Positions 27,490 to 40,435 of a stretch of DNA of 64,000 nt are shown here, piece after piece (the first letter of the stretch is position 1; the number at the start of each line of letters is the position of its first letter). The DNA is from the human T2T-CHM13v2.0 reference genome, Homo sapiens, in NCBI RefSeq assembly GCF_009914755.1, contig NC_060930.1. One strand, 5' to 3'. The position numbers and the translations under genes were made by a program. Under the pieces are notes generated by a model. The model worked only from the letters and a program-made list of their open reading frames with translations, was not told the origin of the DNA and made no database searches.

Positions 27490-30400
27490 TTTAAACTTTT
27501 TATTGGAAATAATATCAAACTTTCAGAAAAGCTACAAGAATAAAAGTAGGACAAAGAACATGCATGTATCCTTAACTTAGCTGTTGTTAACATTTGGCCT
27601 CATTTGTTTTATCATTTGTTCTATTTGTTTCTATTTACATAATCTTTTCTTTCCTGCATCATTTGAAAGTTGTATCCATCACATCCCTTTACCCTTCAAG
27701 TAATTATTTCTCAAGAATGAGGATATATTCTTCTACATAACCACAGTACTGTTTTCAGTGTTAATAGATGTATTAATACAGTACTTTGATATTCATATTT
27801 CAGTCTTGCCAGTTTACCCAGTAATATTAATATTTTTGACAGCATCCTTTTCCCTTTCCTGGCTAGGATCAGGTATTATATTTTGTTGTTAATATTTCTT
27901 TGATGTCTTTGATTTGGAACACAGCCAAAGTCTTTTTTTCTTTTATGAAATTTGCACTTTTCAAGATGCTATTTCTCTTCCCTTTATTTTTTATCTAATT
28001 TTTTCCTCATTTTGGGTTGTTTGATGTCTCCTCAAGATTAGGATTAGGTTATACATTCCCAGCTGGACCACTACATCAGTGACTTTTGTGGCCTTCTCAG
28101 GGGTGTGTACATGATGGCCTTCTGCCCTGCATTGGTATTGGTAATTTTTGATCATCTGGTCTAGGTTGTGTTTGATTTTTTTCTGTTCATAATCATAAAC
28201 AGTACAATTACTGGTGGTTTTATTTTATTTTATTTTTTTTCTTGCTATTAAGCAATCTGTGGAGAGACACATTAAGGCCATGTAGTATTCTATTCCTTAT
28301 CCAGTCTCCTCTCACCACTCAGGTCGTCAGGTTTAGTAGCCATTGATAATTCTTTCCTGAACCAGTTTTTACTTTGATGGTTTCAAAGGGATGATTTTCC
28401 AACTCCAGTGCTCCCTCCACAGTTACAAGTCGACATTCATTATTCTACTGTAAGCAAAAGCCCTTTCCTCTCTTCCATGTATTTGTTTTTCTATTTGTTA
28501 TTAATATGAACTAATGGGTTCTCCTTTTTAACCCCGATGGTCTATAATTCATTATATTTCTTAATTTTCTTAATTACTTTTGTTCCTCAAATTGTGATTT
28601 GCCCAGTGAGAGCTCTTTCACATTGAATCTGTCTTTGTGACATGTTCCTATCCTTTTTTCTTTGGAGTACTTCCTTACTTTCTCTTCTATTTGTTCAAGC
28701 TCTGGTATCAGTCATTTTTCCAAGGAATTTTTGTTTCTTTTAGCAGGGAAATGAAATCTGGATTATAGATCCTTTCAGTGGACAAACTAGAAAATATATA
28801 TGCATATATACACAATATGCATGTAAGTGCATGTGCAAATATACATGTATTTATTCTTATATACTGTGCGTATGCACATACACATGCATATACGTATTTT
28901 AGACACTGTGAATTTGCACATATACTATAAATTGCAGTCAATCCTTACAGATTTCCTTTTGACTACCCTATTCTATGTTTATGTGTACCTTCTTCCACAG
29001 TGAGAACCCTGATTCCTAGCTACATCAACACATTTACTCTTTTCCTCATTCCTATATCTGAAATGGTTTCACAGTTGTTTTGCTTATGCCACTTAAAAAA
29101 ATCCTGTGAATAAGAGTTCAGGATGTGTTTTCAGTTCTTCACCCTAAGGGGCAGTAAAGTCAAATACTGTGCCTGCTTTTTCCCTTTTCATTTAAAATTC
29201 ATTTGGGTTCATTTGTTCCAGTTTGCCCTCTGTTTTAGGTTTTTATCTCCTATCCCCCACTCCTTATTGATTTACTTTTATTTTCAAATATGTATAAGAT
29301 GAACTTGCTTCCAAAAGTCAGAACTACACAAGAAGTGGTACTCAAAGAGATGTCACTTTACCTTTATAACGCTTCCAGCCTGTTCTCCCACCTATCCTAG
29401 GTGACTAACTTCATTGTTTTCTAGTTGATTCTTCCTGTTTCTTTTTGTAATGATAATACATTTTCTGATTCATAATGGAATATATACATTTTCTTATTTT
29501 CGCTACTTTCTTACACAAAAGGTATCATACTGTGTGTGTTGGTTTTAACTTTGCTTTTTTCACTTAATGGTATTTCCTGGAAATCACTTCCTGTCAGTTC
29601 ATGGAGCTTATCTTTATTCTGTTTTAGTTTTGCTTCATGAGTGTATGTACCGTAATTTATTCAAACAATCTCCTATAGTTGGACATCGGTAGTTTTCAGT
29701 ATTTTACAGTTACAAATAATGCTTGAAATGACTAACCTTATGAATATATACCTTTGTAATGTTGGAGATGTAGCTCTAGGGCAAGCTTATCCAACCCGCA
29801 GCCCATGGACCACATGTGGCCCAGATGGCTTTGAATGTGGCCTGATACAAACTTGTAAAGTTTCTTAAAACGTTATGAGAATTTTTGCAATTTTTTTTAG
29901 CTCACCAGCTATCATTAGTGTTAGTGTATTTTATGTACAGCCCAAGACAATTCTTCTTCGAATGTGGCCCAGGAAAGCCAAAAGATTGGACCCCTCTGTC
30001 CTAGGGTAAATTCTTACAAGTAGGATTTCTGGGTTGAAGAGTGTATGCATATGCAGTTTCATTAGATACTGCCAAATTTGTCTCCATTATACTATTTTGG
30101 ATTCCTACCAACAGTTGTAGGAGAGTCCCTGTTTTTCCACAGTCTCACCAGCAGAGTATATTTCAGGCTTTTGAAGTTTTGCTTGTTCTGTTGGGTGAAA
30201 AATGATATCTCAATGTAGTGTTAATTTGTATGTCTATGGTTACGAATGAAGTATCACAATTTTTTATATTTTAAGGGCCATTATGACTTTCTTTGATTTG
30301 TCTTTTTTTGTCTTTTGCCCATTTTTTGATAGCATTTTTGGTCTCTTTCCCTGATTTTTCAAGGTCCTTTGTAAGCTTGAGATACAACCTCCTCACACTC

Positions 30401-30650
30401 CCCTTATTTTTCTGTGATGTATGCTGCAGTATTTTCCCTTAGCTTGTCATTTATCTTTTGACTTTGCTACTAATTGATTTTTGCCATGCAAAAGTTTTCC
30501 CCACACTCAAGTTATAGAGGAATTCATTTGTGTTTTCTTCTAGTGCTTTTGTAGTTTTACATTTTTTCTTTTTAGATCTCTGGTTCATTTGGAGATTATT
30601 CTCCAGTATGATGTGAAGAATGGATTTAATTTACCTTTTTCCAAATGCTA
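27490..30650 (-). mobile_element. Old L1 (L1MC/ME) fragments, interrupted by MER30
   Basis: T-rich antisense L1M 3'UTR and ORF2-end motifs. Confidence 0.65.
29782..29998. mobile_element. MER30 (hAT-Charlie)
   Basis: caagcttatccaacccgc...gccaaaagattggaccc; 8-bp TSD ctctaggg/tcctaggg. Confidence 0.85.
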
Positions 30651-31919
30651 AAGCTTTTATTCTTAATCTTGTTCTTGGACTTTAAAAACTTTTTTTGTCA
30701 ATTGAGAATAATTCTTTTAGATATATACATGTAGAAAATGATTAATATATATACATACACATAGACTAGACCACAGAGTTAAAAAATATGGTTGCCAGTA
30801 TGGGTAATATTTTTTTGTTGAGTAGATGAGGCTAGATTTTGAAATTATCTTCACAGCTGTCAATATATGGACCATTTATAGTGTGTTGAGGGGCAAGGAG
30901 ACCTGCTTCTGTTTGCTTTAGGGCAGCTCCTCACAGTGGGTAGTATATTTGGAACGTCTGACTGTTCATATAGTACAATTAATAGAAAATGAGAGGAGGA
31001 TCTTTGCAAAGGTGCTGCTGAAATATATTTTCGTAATTTGTGTTTGTAGTTTAAGTATAGCTTTAGGACATCAGTCAATTTTTGGTGCTTTTGTTTTGAA
31101 ACATAATAACCAATAATTGTGAATAGACACAGGTCTTAAGCACAGTTTGTCCTCTCTTGGGCCTTTTGCCTCATCGATGGGTGGTACCTTCTGAAGGACT
31201 GGAGAAATACGTAGCTCTGTGTCCTTCTCCATGGCCATAGTTTTCACAAAACATTTGTTGATATTTTTCTTTTGGTTGCCTTTTAAATAGTTTTTTAAAA
31301 AAAATTCATGTGTCTAATCCCCTTTTTATTTTAAAGGTACAAAATTGAAATGTATGTAGTTTCCCAAATGTATTGCTCACTTACTACTCATGGTTCGTGA
31401 TTTTTCTCAGGGATATAGAGTAGGGTAGAAAGCTTCTGGGAGACTGAAAGGAGAAAAATAATCTTTTCATGCCTAAATACTTTTCCTTTTTTCCTTTAGA
31501 CTGTTTGCTACTGTTGTTTAGAATGACATTATGAGCGGCAGAAACACACTTTTCTTTCAATTTTAACAAATACATTGGTTTTCATTTTAGTAAAAATTCT
31601 TTTTTTAAAGTGTGTGTCTCCACTTTCCCAAAGGGGAAGAGACATAGCATTGTGTCATCTCTTAGTTGTTAGGAAGTGCTACTATTCTCATGTGAGTTTG
31701 GCTAAAGGAATGATCATCATGAATTTATTGAATACCTATTAATGGCACAGCCCTGTCTGTGATACAGTACAAGACTTGTGAATGGCATATATAACACTCT
31801 TATTAACAGAGTGTGTAGCTTTACTTAATTTAATGTAATTTGTTTAGTAGCATATTTTGCTTTTGTTTATCTAATTGGTGAGTGAATATGTATTTACTTC
31901 AATTGGTGCTAATCCCAAA

Positions 31920-32155
31920 GGAGGTAGTATGATATAAAGAAAAGAATAAATAGAGCAAAGTTTAAATCTTTTTACCAATTAGTATGTGACTTTGGGCAAG
32001 ATTCTTAACTTGTCTGGGTTTCACGTCTATCATTTGTAAAATGGTAATACTAATATATTGTGAGGATTAAGTGAGGCAATATGTGTATATCATATTTCTA
32101 GGAAGTTGCCTGACACGTGGTAGACATTTAGTGAACTGTAATGGTTATCATTATT
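31920..32155 (+). mobile_element. MIR
   Basis: tgtgactttgggcaagattcttaact...catttgtaaaatgg...gtgaggattaagtgag. Confidence 0.75.
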
Positions 32156-35007
32156 ACTTTTTGATTATTATTTTGATGATATTTTAGATGCCTTTTTGGT
32201 GAAAGATGTTAGATGTAGCTAATATTAAATGGTGATGATAAAGAATTTGACCATAAACTCATTTTCTAGTACTCTTTTTGGCTAATTTCCAAGATATTAG
32301 TAATTTGCAACTGTTGGCAGGTTATAGCAGCAGGCAAGGGAATTGAAATATAAAATTATAAATGTCAAATTCTTTGTTTATAATTAATATGTGCAAGTGG
32401 ATGCCAGTTGCTTTAGGTAGCACAGAACTCTGCAGCCGTAGATCTGATCCCCTCTCATCCCCTCTGTCAAGTGAGTCAGCTCCTCCAGTAATGAGAATTC
32501 ACCCAGAAGACTAATGTATACTCCTTGGCCATGTCTACCTTCAGATGACCCATAGGTGGAAGGAAAGGAGTGTAGCTCCTTTTGAAGTTTTATCATTGTA
32601 AAATAGTGGACGCAGAAACCAGGTGTTAAGGAACTGACTGTCCTGGTTCTGGGAAGAGAAAATGGGGAGAAAAAGAGAAGGTTAGGAGAGTGAGATAATG
32701 GATCTCTGTAGTTTATATAATATTCTCTTTCGCATTTTTTTCCCACTACCCTTTGTAGTCCCCTTTTCCTGGAATCCCATGGTTCGTCTAGTAGGAGTCC
32801 CATTGTCTAGCAGTATTCTTTTGCTCGGCCTGCTAATTTAATTTATTTAAGTAGAATTCTTTTTTTAAAAAAGATAAAATAGATGCAATAATATTGCCAT
32901 TTTTCTTTCTTTTTTTTCTCTCAGCAAAACCAAAGCCCAGTCTCTCATTTCTCCACGTTTGCAAAGCTTTCCAGTTAGTTCTTTAAAGATGAAAATCATG
33001 AATTAGTTTTTACATCATGGAATAAATTCAATTCTTATTGTATTATTTTGCCTGTAAGATACTACCCTAACCTTAAAGTGCTTACTATTTAAGTAATGAG
33101 AAATTGAAACACCGAGTTGCTAGCATAGATCACATATGCAGTATTTTTACTTTTGGTAACGTAAAAAGAAATGGGTGAGTCATGTTACTTGCCTCCTTGA
33201 CACTTCACTCTCCTTTTTTTTTTTAGCACCCCTTCTTCCACCAAAAAGATCCCCTAAAAAACTCCAACTGAGGTATAGCTAAATGTAAAAAGTGCTTCAA
33301 TTTAATCAAAAGAACAACTAGATGACTACCAATGATTACCCAGTGACCAGTTCAGATAAGCTAATTTATTATGATTTTATTTAAAAAAAAATAAAAGCTT
33401 AAAAGGCACGAAGTTAAGTATCAGGTGCAGTCTAACAGATTATTCATCTCCTTTCAGCAGTGTACTTGTAAATTGGGTCTTCTCAAAACTCACTCTAACC
33501 AAATGGATAAGGTTCTGTTAAGGAAGCACAGGAAAGCTTTTCTGTTCCCCTTGACAACTAGTTCTTCTAGGTGAGTATCTGCCTTAATTGGCAGAATTGT
33601 AGTAATTCCTTGTAATTTGGGTGAAGTGACTTTGTGAGTATTCCAAGTCATCACTTATGCTGCTTTTTCTAAATATGGAATGTTCCATTTCCAGAGTCAG
33701 AATTATGAGGACTTTTTAACCTTCCCTCTCACATAAATGCTTTTTGTAGTTAGTATGAGAGGACATAGGTTTTGGTTTCTGCTGTACTTTTAGTCTTTCA
33801 TTTCTCTTCTTCATGGGTTCTAAAAAGAACTAGTCAGTTATAATATTTTCATGAACAAAGTATTTTTAATTCCATGCTACCAGACTATGTTTTAAATGGC
33901 TATGGAAGGAACATCATTAATTTATGGATCTTGACCCTCCAGAGGCACTACCCATCTTAGTTACAGAGATTACATCTCAAAAGGTTATAAGGGAAAGAGC
34001 CCCAGTATTTTTTCCCCTTGTCCAAGTCTGTGCATATTTTGTAGTTGAAGAATATATTTATGATTTCAGCTTGACTAGCAGGCCTTCCTAGAGTATAGCT
34101 AATTAAGACTTGCCCAAGCACTAAAAGCATTTTAATTTGAATGATTAAAAAAAGTGAATTTAATTAAAAGTACAATTATTAAAAGTTCAGTTAATTGTGT
34201 ACAATTTTTTCTTAATTTAAAAATAGTATTACCTTTCATTTTAAAGAGTTTCATTATTATTTTAACCTTTATTAAGATTTCTCTTCATGCATGAGCTGGT
34301 CACATCTGTCACATTACTTTGTCTGGTCAGATTGTATTGGGACAGTTGTTCTTACTTTGGTCACAGCACTAATAAAAACAGTTTATTAATTATTTTGTGC
34401 ATGTTTGATAATCGTTACTCAGAAATTTGTATTTACAGTTTAAAACAGGAGATAATTACTTGATTGGTTACAGGAGTAACTATATTAAAATAGTTAATTC
34501 TTACAAAAATTAAAATATGTCCTAACCTTTTAATTTCTGTAAGAACTAATGTCTCACATAGTAATTATGCCCTATTTGTTTGAAACTCTGACTTCAGTGG
34601 GAATTGAGCCTAGTCATCAGAATTTATTCTGTTTATTGCCAGCTCTTTGTATAAACAGCCTTATATGCTCATTTTTAAGAAAGGAGCAAAATGTTTTTGT
34701 GTAGAGCTCTAAAAATAAGATGAAAATGTCTAAATATACATTATTTTGACCAAAAAAAAGATAAAATAGTGCTATTTAAAATAATGATGCCAGGGTATAC
34801 ATTAATTTCTCTACTTTGTTACCAGTTTAGTGACTATAGCTTAGGGGTTTGTTTTTTCAGTCCTGAGGCTTACTAAATATGTTACGACCAATGTCATTCC
34901 AGGATACTCTGCCTGCAGCTAGTTTCTAAGACTGGATGAAGTTAAATAGGAACAAACAGGAGTTTGGGACTTACTGGTTAACAGGTCAAAATTGTGTGAT
35001 TTTTCAG

Positions 35008-35088
35008 GTGGCCTGCTGATAGCATGTGCTCATTTTGGTGCATATGTGTATGGGACAGACATAGACTACAACACAGTTCATGGCTTGG
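35008..35088 (+). CDS. TRMT11: TRMT11 exon 8
   Basis: cag|GLLIACAHFGAYVYGTDIDYNTVHGL|gtgagt; 81 nt, phase 1-1. Confidence 0.95.
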
Positions 35089-35152
35089 GTGAGTAGAGAT
35101 TATAGACAGTATTATAGTCATTGCTGTGGTGCCAAATGTACCTTTAAACATA

Positions 35153-35479
35153 CAGTTGACCCTGGAAGAACACAAGTTTGAATTGCACAGGTCCACTTAT
35201 ACTCAGATTTATTTCCATCTCTGCCCTCTTGAAACATCAAGGCCAATCCCTCCACTTCCTCTTCCTCCTCAGCCTGCTCAACATGAAGGTGATGAGGATG
35301 AAGACCTTTATGATGATCCACTTCCACTTCATGAATAGTAAATCTATTTTTACTGAATAAAGTAAGTATAACAGTAGGCTGTTAGTAGTTAAGTTCTGGG
35401 GGAGTCAAAAGTTATATGCATATTTTTGACTGTGTGAGGAGTGGGCACCCCAACCCCCATGTTGCTCAAGGGTCAACTG
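35153..35479. mobile_element. Tigger2a-like DNA transposon, internally deleted
   Basis: TIRs cagttgaccct / agggtcaactg with TA duplications at 35151 and 35480. Confidence 0.88.
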
Positions 35480-36579
35480 TAGTTTTATATGGCATTATTT
35501 TAATCTTCAAATACAAAATTGTGATATAATTTTACTTGTTTTTATAAGACTTCATTGGGTATCTACTTTTATGATCCATTGTGTACAGAGTGATTTCCTG
35601 GGGGAACATGAAGGTGAATGAGAAAAAGTCCTGCTCTCAGAGGGCTTTAAGGAAGTGCAGGAAAGTGATAACCCAGTGACCAGTTCAGACCTATAATTTA
35701 TTAATTATAACTAATTAATAAATATACATGATAATGAAACATATTTGGTTAAGATTATCACCACTCATTTAAAGATTATCACCAAAATTATTCACTAATC
35801 ATACATTGACTATATACTGGATTAATAACTAGTCTTTGAGGTACTATTTATGTTTCTAATTTTATAACTGACCAAAACCTCTTTAAAGTAACTTTAAAGA
35901 TTCTGCCTTGAACTGAGAGTACTTGAAACAGTCATCTGCTTTACTTTTCAGGTAATTATGGAAAATATTTTAAACTCTAGAAGCTTCAATAATGATGTGT
36001 GATTGGATGGAATTGAATCAAACTGAAAAAGTATTTCCTTATAGCTTAATGGTATTGAAAATGTCATTTTATTGATGATTTTGAGATTATTTGTGTTTAT
36101 GTTGGTATTCATTATAATAACTGGGATCAGCCCTTATAATACTCTTTTCCTTTTCCTCACCCAGTATAAGTTATTGTATTGGTGAGCATTTATTATACTT
36201 TATTTTCTTTTGTGGAAGTAATTTGATATCTTGTACTGGTGACCTGTCTTTTTCCCTACCTTGACTGTAAAGAATTTAGTAACATTTATTAGGAAAATGA
36301 GTTATAATTTATTAGGTGTATATAAATGGGCTAGCAAGAAAAAGATATTCTTTATCTGAAATCTGTTTTAAAAAGTACTAAGAATTATTCCAATTTGCTT
36401 TTAGTAGAAGCAGTATATTTCTTTTAAGGAAATTGTCTTATATAATTTACTTGAATTTTTATTTATTAAAGTTATGTTTGGAAACTTATGTTGTAACCTT
36501 CAGTCTACTGGGGTAGAATTCTGATTGAGGTAGTTCCCTTAGAGCTTATCCAAGATACTGTTAGGTATACCCTCTGTTT

Positions 36580-37480
36580 CCTGTGGTTCTGAACTCTTAC
36601 TTTATCCTAAAATATTCTCAAGTTTCTCCTGTTTTAAAAGTACAAAACTTTTTTTTTTGGCAAATCTGTAGAGGTTCTCTAGCTACCACTTTGTTTTCCT
36701 TTTCCATTTGCCAAAATGCTTCTTGAAAAACTAGTATAACTTCTTGTCTCCTCTTCTTCATCTTTCACTCTCTTCTGGCCATTATTTTCCAGCTTCTGTG
36801 CCTATCATTCTGTTGAAAACGCTAACAAAGGCCACAGATTTATAGCATTTGACAGTGTTGACCTTCATACAGCTGCTCTTGGTTTCCTTGACAGTGGTCT
36901 TGGCAGGTGGTACTTTTACTTTTTTGTTTCTTCTCAGTCTACTTGATGCCCTGCAATTTTCTTTGATTTATGTTTATATATTGTTTTTTTCCAGGCGTCT
37001 ACCTATCTTTGAGCATTTCTCCGTCACACTGCATGTTTTTCAGAGTCATGTCGTTCTTCTTTTGATTTTATAAGAATAATTATAGAGCAAACATGTAACT
37101 GCCTCCTAAGTGAACAAAAAGAATGTTATTCAGCCTTATGGAGTCAGTATAAGATTATATGCTGATAACTCCAAAGTCTGTATATTCTGGCCTTCAACTA
37201 CCTGCTGAATGTCCCCACTGCGTATCTTTTTCTGAAAGTTCTGCAGGTACCTCAAGGTACATCAAGATTGATATATCTTAAATGAATCTAATCTTTTTTC
37301 TTAAGCTTGTTTTTCTTCCTGGTTTCTCTGATATTAATCACTGGTGTCATCATCCTAAACTATCATGTCTCCTAAACAAGGAACTTACGAGCTTCTTTAG
37401 CCTTCCTTCCACTCCCACTTTAACTTTCATTAGCAATGTCTCCATTTTGCCTCCCTTCTTCATGGTCACAACTGCGGCAT
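36580..37480 (+). mobile_element. L2 fragments
   Basis: tatgctgataactccaaagtctgtatattctggcc; pyrimidine-rich L2 body. Confidence 0.6.
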
Positions 37481-37869
37481 TTCCCAAGTTCGCTCTCTTC
37501 ATTTCTGTTTCATTTATCTGATTCATACTATCTCTACACAGGACTGTTTACTGCTGGAAGAAAGGAACCATATTCTCTTCAACTCTATCTTACTACAAAA
37601 ATCTTCGTACTTGAAAATATCGAATGAGTGTTTTAAGGCAGTTTTACTTGGAAGTTGACAGAACAAGATAAGTTAGACATCAGTACATTTTACTGTTATG
37701 TTGAAATTAAAATAACTATTTACTTGTATACATAAAATTAAGATTTTAAATGAAAGCAAATTTTGAATAAATGTAGGTTTCAGTGAGTTAAAACATTACT
37801 TTTCCTAAATGACAGAAAATAAGAATACTCTGTTTAATACTTTCTCTCTTCCTTTTTCTTTCCCTTCAG

Positions 37870-38034
37870 GAAAGGCTACTAGGAAAAACCAGAAGTGGAG
37901 AGGACCAGATGAAAACATTAGGGCCAATCTTCGTCAATATGGTTTAGAGAAGTATTACCTTGATGTCCTGGTTTCAGATGCATCTAAACCTTCCTGGAGG
38001 AAGGGCACATATTTTGATGCAATCATTACTGATC
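37870..38034 (+). CDS. TRMT11: TRMT11 exon 9
   Basis: cag|KATRKNQKWRGPDENIRANLRQYG...YFDAIITD(P)|gtaagt. Confidence 0.96.
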
Positions 38035-38811
38035 GTAAGTTTATTTTTATACAAAAGTAGGAGTAGGATTCGTTTTGTAAAATCATTTACATTTAAAGTA
38101 CAAAATTTACCAACACATGCACAAAATGCCAACTTGTCAGTATTTCTCCCATCTACCCCCAGCTTCTTCATCTTGTAAGGAGAAAGTTATGAAGGTACTT
38201 AACTACCTTGTTAAGGGCTTACTGTTTTGTTTTTTTAAACAAATATATTGGCTTGCCATCCCCTGTTATATCCTTTTATATTAACTTGTCACCCGTTTTT
38301 CCCTTCAGCTTATTTTTTTGAGGCATATATTTAGTATTTGTTTTTGTATTGACTATAATTGGTTATTATACCAACTGGAGCTCACATGTCATTTGCAATT
38401 ATGGTGTCAAATTTTGAACAGAGTTTCAGATATCACACATTTCTCTATGTGTAAGCATTTGTGTTTTTGTAGTGCCTGTTTTCACTGGCATCTCCTTTCT
38501 AGCATTACAAGAAATTTGGGGTTCTGTGGAACCACTGGGCCTGTGAACCTACTGAGCTTCAGGAATGTGCATGAAAATTTATTTTCCCATGCCTCATGAG
38601 GTCGTGAGTTTTTTAGGCAGCCTATCTAAGAATAGATCTGCCTTTTCTATAGTATTTGACAGTAAATCTGTAAAAAGTGGCAAAGTTCAGCCCTTCTATC
38701 TCAGCTCTCTTTAGTTCTTTACTAACTTAGATTTTGTCAAATGTAATGTAACAAAAGAAAAATTATCAAGGCCTTATGGTTTCAGTGTGAATATACTTTA
38801 TGAAAATTTAG

Positions 38812-39370
38812 TTTTTTTTAAATTAACAGTTTGCTTTATTATTTGCTCTCCCACTCTGTGTTTACTTATATAAAATACATTTTTTTTTTCCGATCAACTT
38901 GAGAGTAAGTGGTATACATTGTGGCCTTTTACTCCTATACTTCAGTGTGTATTTACTAAGAATAAAGATAGTCTCTTAGCAAAAATACAGTTATCAAGTT
39001 CAGTAAATTGATAAAATACTTTCATCTACAGTTTGCCATTCAGTTTTGTCAACTGACTCAGTAATAGCTTTTATGGCATATATTCTCCCTCTAGGACAGG
39101 ATCTACTCTAGAGTCAGGTATTGCATTTCGTAATGATATCTTTTAGGCCTCCTTTAATTTGTAACACTTCCACAGCTTTTCTCAATGACTTTTATGACAT
39201 TGACATATTTTAAGAAGACAGTTGCTCCTCTCCCAAGTCTTTATGTTGTACATTTTCAGTTGGATTTGTGCATTGGTGATGTTGTGTTCTTCTCAGGGTG
39301 TCACATTTGAAGGCAGCATGGCTGTTTGCCCTTGATCCATGATTTGGTGACTTTTGACTATCTGTGTTAC
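38812..39370 (-). mobile_element. L1MC/ME 3' fragment abutting exon 10 acceptor
   Basis: Same motifs as the 27.5-28.2 kb and 41.7-43.0 kb copies (tcaggtattgcattt, ttttatgacattgacat). Confidence 0.6.
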
Positions 39371-39387
39371 CTTTGTTTTCTGTCTAG

Positions 39388-39469
39388 CTCCATATGGTAT
39401 CAGAGAATCTACAAGAAGAACAGGTTCACAGAAGGAGATACCAAAGGGGATAGAAAAATGGGAAAAATG
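39388..39469 (+). CDS. TRMT11: TRMT11 exon 10 (completes DPPY motif IV)
   Basis: tag|PYGIRESTRRTGSQKEIPKGIEKWEK(C)|gtaagt. Confidence 0.95.
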
Positions 39470-39586
39470 GTAAGTGAAATTTAAATATGATGTGTTACTA
39501 CCTTGAGAAGAAGCATGTGGCTTCCCCGTTAACTTAGCACTCTTAAAATTTTTCACTGATTTTGAAATTTTCTTTTCTTTGTGTAG

Positions 39587-39718
39587 TCCAGAAAGCCATG
39601 TTCCTGTTTCCTTGAGTTATCATCTGAGTGATATGTTTCTTGACCTGTTAAACTTCGCAGCTGAGACCCTCGTTTTAGGTGGAAGACTAGTCTATTGGTT
39701 ACCGGTGTATACGCCAGA
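39587..39718 (+). CDS. TRMT11: TRMT11 exon 11
   Basis: tag|PESHVPVSLSYHLSDMFLDLLNFAAETLVLGGRLVYWLPVYTP(E)|gtatgt. Confidence 0.95.
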
Positions 39719-39870
39719 GTATGTAATCTTAATTTTATTTTTAATTTCATTTTTCTTACAATGTTTGCGTATCTAGTATAATTTTCTCTTTATCTCTTCT
39801 TGCATTTGGTGCATCTTTATATTTAATTTGTAATAGCCTTTGTTTGCCTTCAAATGTGTATAAAATAGTC

Positions 39871-40177
39871 TTTTTATTTATTTAGTTTTTTGAGACAAGG
39901 TCTTGCTCTGTCACCCAGGCTGGAGTGCAGTGGTGCAATCGTGACTCACTGCAGCGTTGACCTCCCAGGCTCAAGTGATCCTCCCACCTCAACCTCCTGA
40001 GTAGCTGGGACTACAGGCATGCGTCACCATGCTCAGCTATTTTTTATTTTTATTTTTTGTAGAGGTGGAGTCTCACTATGTTGCCCAGGTTGGTTTTAAA
40101 CTTCTAGGCTCAAGCAGTCTACCTGCCTCAGCCTCCTGAAGTGTTGTGATTATAAGAGTGAGCCACTGTACTCAGCC
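39871..40177 (-). mobile_element. AluJ
   Basis: Full length; gctcaagtgatcctcccacctc. Confidence 0.93.
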
Positions 40178-40223
40178 TCCTTCTTTTCATCAACTGAATT
40201 GTTTTGACCTTGTTATTTTATAT

Positions 40224-40435
40224 CAGGGGTTGGCAAACCACGGCCTATGGGCCAGATATGGTCCTCAGCCTGTGTTTATAAGGTTCTTGAGCTAGGACTA
40301 GTTTTTAGATTTTTGAAGTGTTGTTAAAAAATATCCACACAAAATAATGTGTGACAGAAACATACAGTATGTGACCCACAAAATCTAAAATATTTACTCT
40401 CTGGCCCTTTATAGAAAAAGTTTTGCCAGCCCTTA
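40224..40435. mobile_element. MER58-family (hAT-Charlie)
   Basis: caggggttggcaaac...ctggccctttatagaaaaagttttgccagccc. Confidence 0.8.

Noticed and set aside
28795-28930. Alternating purine-pyrimidine tract as a Z-DNA element
   Set aside because: Degenerate, AT-rich simple repeat within old L1 sequence
35126-35338. Pro/acidic ORF after exon 8
   Set aside because: Lies within the Tigger2a-like element
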